A DNA stretch of 64,000 nt from Lama guanicoe (Eukaryota). Both the position numbers and the translations under genes were made by a program. This document shows positions 53,071-64,000 of this stretch, one piece after another. Every line of letters starts with the position of its first letter. The stretch's first letter is position 1. The DNA lies in assembly GCA_013239625.1 (NCBI GenBank), contig MU053881.1, forward strand, positions 11,460,873 through 11,524,872, given 5' to 3'. The notes beneath the pieces are model-generated. The model was not told where the DNA came from, searched no databases, and saw only the letters and a list, made by a program, of their open reading frames with translations.

Positions 53071-53529
53071 TAGCTATATTTTTCTTTTGTTTAAGAACTT
53101 TCTCCCTACCCAAATTCTAAATGGTATTTACATTTTCTATTACGAGTTTGAATTTTTCTTTTACATGTAACACAGTAAGCTAATTTTTTCTGTGAAATAA
53201 AGATTCAATTTCATCTCTTTCCTTAGGTATAACTATTTTTCACCTCCAGTGAATGGTCTCTCCTTTTTTCCCTGATGGTAGAAGCACCTTTGTGAGACAA
53301 CAAAATTATAATTTTTCAGGAATCTCTTTTTGAGCTCTTCATTCTATTTCATTGGTCAATTGGTTCAACTCTATGTCAGCAATATATTCTCTAATTACTG
53401 TAGCTTCATAATAAGTCATTATATCACTTAGGGAAATTTTCTTTTTAAAAAAAGTAATTTTATATAAATTACTAGTCTTCACCAATATCCTCTTTTCCTT
53501 TCCTTCTGTGCAAAATATATTATTTGACA

Positions 53530-53800
53530 TCACAGCCCTCTATCATTTAGGCAGACCCATATAATGAATTCTAGCTAATAAAATTTTATTTGAAATCATG
53601 TGTGTCAGTTCCAGACAGAGACAACAAACTGACCATTCTCCAATTTCTCTTTTTCCCTTCTCACAATGTTCAATTAACTCTATGTTTCAAACAGACAGTA
53701 TGATAGAGGCCCAGACATCCTGGATTACATTTCTCTATGGGATACATATTTTGTGTAAATAAGATATTTATATTTTGGAGTCACTTATCACTACATTTTG
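53530..53800 (+). mobile_element. Old MLT1 (H/J-like) LTR fragment
   Basis: Reads 'cagccctctatcatttaggcagacccatataatgaattctagctaataaaat...gaaatcatgtgtgtcagttccag'. Confidence 0.5.
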
Positions 53801-55084
53801 TACTGAAGTTATATAATTAATTAAACCCTTAGATAGTCATTTAACTACATATAAAATTTTTTTTTTTTTGGTAAATATCCCCGTACACTGGCAGTAATGT
53901 GAGTTAGGAGAAAAGACATGTTTCTACCTGTGTTGTTTTGTTTACATACTGGCAGGTTAAAATTATCCTCCCTACCTAGTAGCTTTGAGTTGAGCAAATT
54001 TTTATTTGACAAATGTAATTGTAAGAGAACACAAGATAGCAGATGGAGAAACTGAGAATCTGACTTTAGAAACTGAGAATATGTCTCTTGTCTGGCAAGA
54101 GTTTTTACCTACTAAAAATATGAAGTTGACTGTTCTAAGAAATAAGGGCTTTGTTCTTAAGCAAGAATCCCCAAAAGTAGGAAAAGAGGACAAGAAGAAC
54201 ATTTTCACTGGTGGAAGATTAAAATGCATCATAGAGAAGAGTATAGAATAGTATTATGTATGGTTTTGCTCTGCATAAAGGCTAAGACGCTTCTTTTGTC
54301 TTTCTTTGTCTCTACTAAGTCATTTGTAAAACTACGGATAAGATTTAATTAGGAAGTGGAAGGTGCATTTTGTGAGCCAGCAGTCTGGAAAAAGTAGAGT
54401 AGGTGTCAAACTTTGAGCTGCGTCATGCAATAAAAAAATTTATATGACCAACATAGTTCAGATACCATAGCAAATAAATTGGTATAATATAAGTATTTAC
54501 CATATATTTTGGTTATTTGTATTTTCTACTTACAGACTTATGAATAGCTATTTATTCATAATACAATGCTAACATTATCGGCAAAATTCACTTTCATGAT
54601 GAAACTACACTACTTTCAGAGAAAAAGACTTCTTTTTTTTTGCTTTCAACTCTCACTAACTTGAAATTCCTCTGCACTTCAGGATTTTTACTATAAAAAT
54701 CCTATTCCCATACTACTTGCCTGCAGCTAGATACTTAAGTTATCGCACTAAAGATTGATTTAAATTGAATGTAATTATCTACCTAGAATCTTGAGGAAAA
54801 AAAACTTTCCCATCTTCAACTATTAATTTTCAAACCATAATTATCTACAATAATTTTAGTTGGTGGTCTTGAATCAGTGGCTATTAAAATAAAATTTATG
54901 TACTGGTTAATTTAATCTGATTAAAAAGAGACTCATATACATAGTCACTAACATGGTGAGCAATTTTGTAAATTTGAAATGGGGTCTCTTAACTTGTACA
55001 GTTGGAAGCTGTACTTGAGTCACCCACATTCAAATGTAGCTGAAGTTCTTACATTCACCCATTAGCTTGGGCTTTAAGAAAGGT

Positions 55085-55755
55085 AAATGATAATCCACTT
55101 TTGTCTATCAGGATGAAAAAGATGAAGTTTGAAAATTTTAAAAATACACAGTGTTAGCAAGGGTGTAAAAAATCAGACACTTTTGTACTTACTGTGGTGA
55201 GTGTTAATTGGGGCAATTATTTGAGAGTGATTTAATCATATACTTATAAACTTTTAATCATCAAATCACTGACCAGTAATTTCATTTCAAGAAAATTAAT
55301 CCAACCTGTTTTCTCCTTTAAATGTTCAGAGGAGAGGTATGCACAAGATGATTTATGTTTGGAAGTGTGAATAATAAATGTACTTAATGGCACTATGAAA
55401 GTACAGCAAATCTGTATAATGTAGTATTATCTTACTCTTTAGTTATTCAAAAGAAAGCAAGAGACCCATATGTGTTGAAATATACAATCTGTACAAAAAT
55501 AAATTAAAATAAACAGTGTGTGTACTTTGCTTTGATCTATGTATTTTAAAGAGGTGTTTGTGTATGTGTGATATGCCCAAATACTTACATGTGTTTGCCT
55601 ATGTAGATAAATTTTAAAAGTACAAAAATAATTTTAACAATGACTGCCATTGGTAATGTGGATTCAGAATCCGAGCAAGGAGACCTTATTTGTTACACTG
55701 TTAGATTTTTTTTTTGTTACCATATACATGTATTACATTTCATTTTAAAAAAAAT
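55085..55755 (+). mobile_element. L1ME-like 3' fragment
   Basis: Reads 'aatacacagtgttagcaagggtgt...cagacact...tggtgagtgttaattgg', plus 'tgcacaagatg'. Confidence 0.6.
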
Positions 55756-58700
55756 CATTATGCAAGTAAAACAGAGCTCGTTTAGCTTTTCGAGAATGCA
55801 GCACTAAAATATACAGTGAATATAAAGACTATCCTGTGTAACCTGTTGGGTGCTACAAAGATCTTCTGTCCCCTGTCATATTCATTCCATGTAGTTTTCA
55901 ATGACTTGTCAGTGACCTCAATTCCAGAATGAGTATCTGTGCAAAGTCTGGTGAAAAAAAAAAAAAAGACTTCTGGCTCTTTGTAGAAAGCTATGCTTTA
56001 TGTATACAATTTCTCAAGTTATTCTAGGCAAGGCATCTACTTTTATTCTTCAGCAATTAGATAAATATGTTTAGCTAGAGCTATTCACATCTTCCCAACT
56101 CTTCCCAGGTATCTGATCATCTGCTGTTGATCTATATCCCCATGGTTTATTTCTTTTTATTTTGCAAAAATATATGAAAGGCTTTTGCCAAACAATATTA
56201 CATGGAATGGATGCTGTGAGACTGGAATCCTGCCCCGTGCTGTAAAAAATAAGATTGTATCATTAAATAGGGCTCTCAGGTATTTGCCAACCTGGGTAAT
56301 GATGTCTCTCTGGGATACCTGCCCTTTTGGCAGCCTCCCATCCAGGCACGAGTCAGCAATCACAATTAGTGTGAAGTGGAGTAAGAGTGCCAAGTCTGCA
56401 GAATGCAGAGGAAATGCAGCAAAGTCTGAAATGCAACTCAGTGAGCAGTCACAATCCTCAAGGCAAAAATTGCTCCATTCTTAAATGGAAATAAAGCAAT
56501 GATGGATTGACTGCCAAACTGTATTCTCTGTGTAGGTATGCCTGATCGTCGTGTCAGTCTTTCAACCATTTCAGAGCGTTCCCAATGTGTTTCTTTCCTC
56601 CCAAATAATCTCATACGCCTTTCCCCAGGTACCTGTGGCAGAAAGAAGTGACAGACTTAAGGATTCCTGTTGAGGACAGCCAGAATGGAGTTTATCCTTT
56701 ACTACAGAGGTCAGGAAAAGACTGAATAAATAGAATAGAATGATTGAAACTGTTTGAGTAAATCCATACAAAGGATTGATCACTTGAACGATAAACATCC
56801 TAAAGTACAGAGTGGCCAAATTTCAAATCAATATATGTCTTCCTTTAATTATGCTTTCATGCTGGCCCCACTCACTTTGAGGTTATATCCCTCATAATGA
56901 GTCAGCCTCAAACTTTTAAGTATTTGTGCTGTGTATTTTTGGTTGTGTCTCTTTTAGTTGCATTCCCATAGCAGCTAGCAGATTGCCTTGAATATGATAG
57001 ACGTGCAAGTGGGAAAATTTAGTCTTACTTGTTGATATCAGTATTCTCACTTACCTTACGTGGTGGCTCAGACACATTTGAAGCTGTGAAAAGGTATGGT
57101 ATTTTCTGATTTACATCCAGGAATTAGTTGACCCACATTACTATTTGGAAATACCTTTTAAAGAGCCAGCGTACTGGAAAAACAAACAGAATTGTAATGT
57201 GTCTACCTTGTCTTTTTCTGTTTTCTTTTCTTACTATGGATTGTATAGAATCATCCAGCAGCCAAAATTGCATTGCCAATTAATAGTAACTTTAAATTTA
57301 GACGTTCCTTTCATCCCTTCTAAATAAAACACATAGAATGCTGCAACTCCAAGTCACACATGCTTTTAAGTTGTGTTAAATTAATCCCCAGTTGAATGCA
57401 AACATCTTTTGCTTCTTAAAACATAAGTGCCATTATTGAAACTCCTTAAATTTACAGACACCAAAACCATCAATGAAAAAAAAAATCTTGTCAAAATGGG
57501 CTTACAGGTGGACATTCTACTTACTCTCTCATGCATTTAATTGAATTTCGTGCAATTTCACGTGCATTATAATAGACTCCTTTTACACCATCAGGAAACA
57601 AGTTTTAAAACATGTGCTGTGCATTAAACATCACATAAATATTCAGCAAGGGAAAGAAAAACAGTTCTGAAGAAGTATAGTAATTTTACAGTCTCTGGTT
57701 TCTAATAAATTTTTACAGCAATCCTAAACTGCATTAGCAAGTCCTGGTGTATTGTCAGGCTTCTGCACAACATCCCTCAATGACATGTCAAATCTTTACC
57801 ACAGCAGTGGAACTCCTAAAGCTGTCCTCATTGGCAAGAATCTTGTCAGATTAAATTGCCAGCTCTTGTCAAGTAAAGATATATGATCTGATTGTATTCT
57901 CCTTATGATGACATGAGTTGTCCTTTTACTATGGCTGGATTGTAAATTCCCAGGACATCCCAATAACCACAGATTTTAAGAATAAAAAGAATTTATTGAC
58001 CTTTCAAAATGACGGTTCTCCCAGAATAAAATGTCTAATCATTTAACAATATGACTCATATTTTGTGGTCTTATTGTATATCATTTATCAACCCACTTAC
58101 TAGATAACTTAAAATATTACACACACTTTGTTTTCTGCCTCTCTACACTTTCTTGTCATTTCCCAAATTAAATGCCATGAATGTATATCTATCAAGAAAT
58201 TATTTTCTATTTCAGTTATTCAGGATATTATATGTATAGCAGAACTTCTGGATTCTCTTTGGTATGTTTTATTTTTGTTTAAAACATGAAGTATATTGTC
58301 AGCAGGCTGTACTATGAATCCTTGGACAAGAATGGCATTCATTGAGCCAAACTTGTAAACACCCAAAATAAAACAATTGTACTCTTTGTAGGAGGTATGT
58401 CTATGTCACTGCCCACTTCAGGAAATATTACACATCATGAAGCAAAATGAGATATTATCCTATGCCCTTCCACTTACATTCAAGGTATCACATAGTCTTT
58501 GAAACAATAAACTGAGTTTTTACCGCAATGGCAAAGAATGGCTTGGCTTTTTGAAGAATTCAGGATTCCAGCTAAGAGGTTTTACACGCCTCATCAGATT
58601 TCCAAAAGTAAGTTATATTTCAGCGGTTGAAACTGTTTTGCGGGATAGCAGCAATCATTAATTCAATATTTATAAAATATCTAGGATCAGATTTTAAATG

Positions 58701-59804
58701 GTAACTTGATTAGGCAGAAAAACATTGTTCTATGAAGAGTGAGATGTGAGAAGGCACATATTTTCTCTCTTAAAATTGCTCTCTGCCCTAAATATTTCAT
58801 CAAACAATGCATTCTGCTCAAATCATGATAAAATGATAATCTCACATGTCAATTACATTCCAGCATTAGGCTTACTACTAGTAAATTCATATTTCCTTCA
58901 GAATTAATGTAGGCACATTTTGTGTCATAATTTCACGTACTATCAAATAACAAAGGTTTTCATTTTCAGTGTGCATTTAAAATATATTTCTATGTAAACT
59001 TATTTCACAAAAGAGATTTCACATGCATCACAAATGAGTCCGTAGGATTACAAATCACTTGTTGAAATCTGAGTTTATCCGTTTAGGGAATTAGGGGCTT
59101 AATGTCATTCTATTCCGTAACAGTGTTTGGTCCTCACTCAAATATTCATCAGTTGCCCTCAAAAATGTCATTCATATATTTATCCCTACCAATTCCCTTT
59201 ACTTAAGGAAGTTGATTTTATATAGAATTAAATTATATTATTCCTCAATATAGACTAGAGTTACACATTTTTAAAACTCTGACTGGATCTTGATTTAGTT
59301 GGTCAAATCTCAAAAGCAAAATGGTATGTATTTCTGCTTTATAGTTATATGAATATAAACCTGACCTGCTAAAAACAATGTTTGCTAAACACCATAAAAA
59401 TCTTTAAGTGTGCAAATATTACAGGCAATTTCCTTCCCAGACGCCTCCAAATCCAGATCACAAACCAATACAATTTATTACGGGAGTGAGATTTAGGTGG
59501 CTTATTTTCTGTTTTAAATGTCCTTTAATGTTGGGTTATAAGATATGTTAACTATAGTATAATAATATCCCAATTCATAATATAAATTGAAATAAAGTTA
59601 AAACTCAATACATTAATTTCGTATAAATTGCTGTTAATTTATAATAAATATCAAAATAACTTCCAGCAGTCCATTTTGTATCTCCTTTCAGTATAATGTT
59701 TATACAATTCTGAGTAAACTAAAGCAAATTTCCTCTATTATAGTTCATCTATAAGAATGTTAGGTGTTACATTTTTATTCTGAAAGCTATAGTAATAAAA
59801 ATGT

Positions 59805-60277
59805 CATTAAGCCAAGTGAAATAAGTCAGACAAAGACAAATACTGCAAGATCTCACTTATATTTGGGACCTGAAAAAAGAACAAAGTGAATTGATAGATC
59901 TGGAAAATAGACTGCTGGTTACCAGGAGAGTGGCTGGGGGAATGAAGAAAATGGGTGAAGATGGTCAAAAGGTACAAACTACCAGTTATAAGATGAGTAA
60001 GTCCTGGAGATGTAATGGACAGCACAATGACTATAGTAAATACTGAATTGTAGATTTGAAAGTTGCTAACTGAGTAGATCTTAAAAAGGTCTCATCACAA
60101 GGGAAAAAAGAAAATCTGTAACTATGTGTTGTTATACATAAGAGATTAACTAGACTTATTGTGGTGATCATTTCACAATGTTTACATATGCCAAATCACC
60201 TTAACTAAAACTAACACAATATGCACGTAAAACTAATACTATGTTATATGTCTAATATGTCAATTTTTAAAATAAAT
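59805..60277 (+). mobile_element. L1MA9/L1MB-like 3'UTR
   Basis: Contains 'aagtgaaataagtcagacaaagacaaatactgc', 'aaaggtacaaactaccagttataagatgagtaagtcctggagatgtaatg' and 'gtggtgatcatttcacaatg'. Confidence 0.9.
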
Positions 60278-61844
60278 GTTTTAGTTGCATTACTGTTAAA
60301 TCAATAAATTGGGTACCTCTTTGTGCTTATAACCTAAAAGCATATGATAAGGCCTTAAAAACAGTTAACCTGAATCTCCTTAATAAAAATAGTGTCCACC
60401 TAGTATTTTAACTTCTAAAATAAAATAAATGTAAATACAATTTTAATAGCATCCTTGAGTTAAGAATATAATTTGGGAGAATTTTCCTCCTGTCTATTTT
60501 ACCTGTCCAATTCATAATTATTTAGCTGAAATAAATTTAGACATTTATTTTCTCCACTGATACATATTGTTTCTCATTAGTATTTTTTAAGTCTGCTTCA
60601 ACCAAGCAAGAGAACAAGATTTAGATAAATTCTTAGTTTCTTTATTGATCTGACATTCTATTTAAACATATGTATTAAAGATTCGAGTAACTCCTTGCTC
60701 TTTACAGGACTAAAAAGGAACTTTTAAGAAAGTCAAAACTACCTACATTAATCTCATCCAAAAAGAGGGTAAAATGATGTATCAGAAAACCAAAGCAACA
60801 AGAGATTAATGTTGCTGTATTAAAATCCTATTTACATAAAATTAACATAAATATGAGTTAGTATGCCATATGCTATAGCATCTGCTCTTCACTGTATTAA
60901 TAACAAGGCTGTCCCCTATAGGGATCTTAAAATTAATACACATTTTAATTGTTTTTATATACATATTTGAAATTTTGACAATATGATACAGATGAAATCT
61001 TATCGATTGCAAACAGGGTAATTTACCCAAAAATGATACCATCATCAGCTGAAGTATGGTCATAGTTCATGACAGGTGGCTTTTGAGACACTCCACACTC
61101 TTCCTTGAAAGACTGTTTAATTAATTTTAAGTTAGATGAAATCTTTATTCCACGTAATTCCTCCTATTACCTCTATTAACTTCCTATTTCATCTTCTTCA
61201 GAGGTTTAGAACTAGCCAAAGAAAAGTAACAGTCATACTGGAAGATACTTTCAGATAATCTTATATTTCACTTCTGTTGCTGATTTTTCTGCTTTGTTTT
61301 CTCAAAACTAATAGTCTAAGTTCATTTGAAAGCTTCTTCTCCCAGCTTCTACAGTGAGTAAATAAATTAACTTTCTTATACAAAATTTTGTAGAATTATC
61401 ACATATATAAGTGCAAATGTTGTGCTTTGTACATTTTATGAAATTTGATATAGTTTGATTGCTCCTTTTTATTTCCAAATGTTATGATGATGCAATGTCA
61501 AGTTCTGAATTGTATTCTTACATGTTTTATTCATATAATTATTTGCAAAGAAAACTGAAGTATAATTATTTTCAAAATGATAAATGTACTTATACTTGCT
61601 ATGGTTATAATTCAAGGCAAATGTGTATTAAAATATATAAATAAGCTTAGCTATTTTCTGTCATAGATGCACTGAAATAAAACTACATATCATTTATTCC
61701 TCAGTATGACTGCAACTGCTTTATTACCTATTTTTATATGTAATTACACAAAAGAAAGATACTAAAAAAACAGCTAAAAATCAATATTTTGACTCTTAAA
61801 AGACTAAATGATTTTCTTTAAGTATGTTAGCAAATTATAAACAG

Positions 61845-61972
61845 TGTGCTTATGTATGTATATATGTATATCCATATGTGCACGTATGTATACATACATA
61901 TACACATGAGGTTATATGTGTATATATATGTATCACATGTGTATGGACATACATATAGGTATAGGATATACA
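61845..61972. repeat. TA/TG/CA-rich low-complexity tract
   Basis: Degenerate (TATG)n/(TA)n repeats. This accounts for the spurious ORF 61846-62130. Confidence 0.85.
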
Positions 61973-62482
61973 GCTATGACTCTGGTCTGCAGCCACTTCT
62001 TTTCTGCTTCAAGTTGATAACTGAGGAATCAAGCTTCAGAGACTCTTCAGACCACTTTTCCTATAGCCACTTCACTTCTGGAATCTGTGTTGCCCCTCCC
62101 TTGAGAAACTGTACAACATGGTCACAATGAAATCTTTCAAACATTTTTTAGGAGGCCACAAAGCCTCTGAAGTCCATCTCTGGAAGCCAGATTAAGAATG
62201 ATTCAAATAAAATTCAGATGCTCAATGCCTCACCCTTCAAGGAATCAACAATTATTTGTCTTCCATTTTTCATTCTCTATAAAAATTTAGGTATTGTTCA
62301 GTAGCATATTGTATAAGATTTACAGGTTAGTATTTCAATGTCTGCTACTATTCCAGATATTTCAGTTATAATCCTGAAATTGTGTTTTTATCTCTTCAGT
62401 TTAACTAGTTACAATCTTTGTACTTAATTTTATGTTTGATACGCTAATTTTTTTAGTTTAGTTCTCAGGTTGTTCTCCAAAC

Positions 62483-62632
62483 CCTTGCTACTCCAACTGT
62501 TGTATACAGATCAACAGCATCAGCAGTATTTTGTTGCAATCTCAGGCTCCCTGCCAGACCTACTGAATCTGAATCTCATTTTAGAAAGATTCCCAAAGGA
62601 TATGAGTTCACATTAAATATTAAGAAGCACTG
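62483..62632. mobile_element. MER5A/B-like hAT MITE
   Basis: Reads 'cagcatcagca...aatctcaggctccctgccagacctactgaatctgaatctcatttt...agattccc...cacattaaa...agaagcactg'. Confidence 0.75.
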
Positions 62633-64000
62633 GATTAAGAGATATTTCAGAATGATAAATCATCAGAATTTTGAAGTAAATATTCTTTGGGGGATTTGCT
62701 TTATTACTATAATATTTTTCCTTTCCATTTCTTAATTCTAATTACATCCATTTAGTCATATTTTCATTTTTCTTTTTTTTTGGAGCACATTGTTAATAAA
62801 TATCTGCTCTCTTGTTGTACCTACTATCGATACATTTTAATCAAAATTAAAAATCAACATTATTGATGATTATAATTGTGCTTACTTTCCTCTGTTGGAA
62901 GATTTTTCAGAAAAAGACAATGAATTGCAACTCAAGTATTAAAAACAAAAAAACTAAGTTAGAAAAAATAGCACTTAGTGACTTCTTCCTTTCTGACAAT
63001 TGTTCGATAATATAAAGTAAAATATGTGATGAATATATTAGTTCACTAAAAATTATAAATGCTGGGCTGTGACTACACATGATAGTTAATCCATACAACA
63101 CCAGAAAACTATTTCTAGTTTTCTAACAATACTAGGGAAAAGCATTTGGATTCATTGTTTTCTACATCTATAACTTCAATAATCAATGCCTCAGGTTCCT
63201 ACCACAGAATTAACACTAGTTTAGAAGAATTTTCTACATGTTTAGTGCATTTAGTGTCTATATATTTTATTTCTAAAATTAGCATTATAGTCTAGGGAAA
63301 AGAATCTTTATCTACAAGAGTAGATATTAGAGAACACACTGACTGTTAAAATATTTTTAAAATAAAAAATAAAATTGAACAGTAGGGCTCAATACTACTA
63401 CAACTATATATACTACTGTATCAATACTACTAAGAACTACACATACTTTTTAACTTGTAGTTAATGAGAAGTTTATGTGGCAATCCATATCTTTTCAAAT
63501 TATATGTTCATGTTTTATAAGCAATAAAGTCAAAATGTCTTTAGTTTATGTTACACTGTATGATTGAAGAAAGAAAAAAGTATATTAGAAAAGACAAAAG
63601 AAATCACAAAAATACCCTAATGAAATGTTTTATAATAGTAAAACAAAACTGCTTTATAATATGCCCACTTGGAGACAGAATGTTATGTTATAGAAGTTTT
63701 TAAGGTAATTAAGCAAATTAAGTGTTTTCTGCTTGGTTTCCCAACCTACAGTAAACTCAGGTCAATCTGGCAATGAGAAGGAAAAAATATATACATATAT
63801 ATATAGTATAATGACTAATATGTATGTATTAGATCTATATAACACCCAGGATGAATTTGAAAATAATCAATGGCATTTCAGAAATATTGCAATTCTTTTT
63901 AATTTTAGTGAAGATTCTCCTCTACCTTAGCAATGAGTGGTTGTAATCTGATTAATCACTGAAAATTTTTACAAAAGGCAAGACCACCTCAAAGTTTAGC

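Noticed and set aside
61975..62200. Possible additional hAT MITE
   Set aside because: Only a weak terminal resemblance, with no TSD or family assignable by eye.
1..64000. CRISPR arrays, operons or other prokaryotic systems
   Set aside because: The sequence is mammalian repeat-rich DNA with no regularly spaced direct repeats or dense coding.

Overview
This is AT-rich, repeat-dense mammalian non-coding DNA (intronic or intergenic). It is probably from a camelid: it holds a Vic-1-type tRNA-derived SINE and young L1 3'UTRs of the cetartiodactyl/camelid type. I can support no intact host protein-coding exon. Much of the window is decayed interspersed repeats: L1, L2, MIR, MaLR/ERV LTRs, Tigger1, a near full-length Tigger2-family element and hAT MITEs. 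The main finding is a previously unannotated-looking endogenous bornavirus-like L (RNA-dependent RNA polymerase) element (EBLL) on the minus strand at about 2100-4376. It is split by an L1 fragment and carries stops and frameshifts. I recognised it from about nine collinear motif blocks aligned by eye to the Borna disease virus 1 (BoDV-1) L sequence as I recall it, so it needs confirming by blastx or an HMM search. Secondary findings are a foreign GC-rich insert and a CpG-rich, apparently GC-converted tract inside the Tigger2 element, a two-LTR MaLR provirus, and several insertions with clean target-site duplications (TSDs). Repeat subfamily names come from recalled consensus sequences and boundaries are approximate unless a TSD is given.
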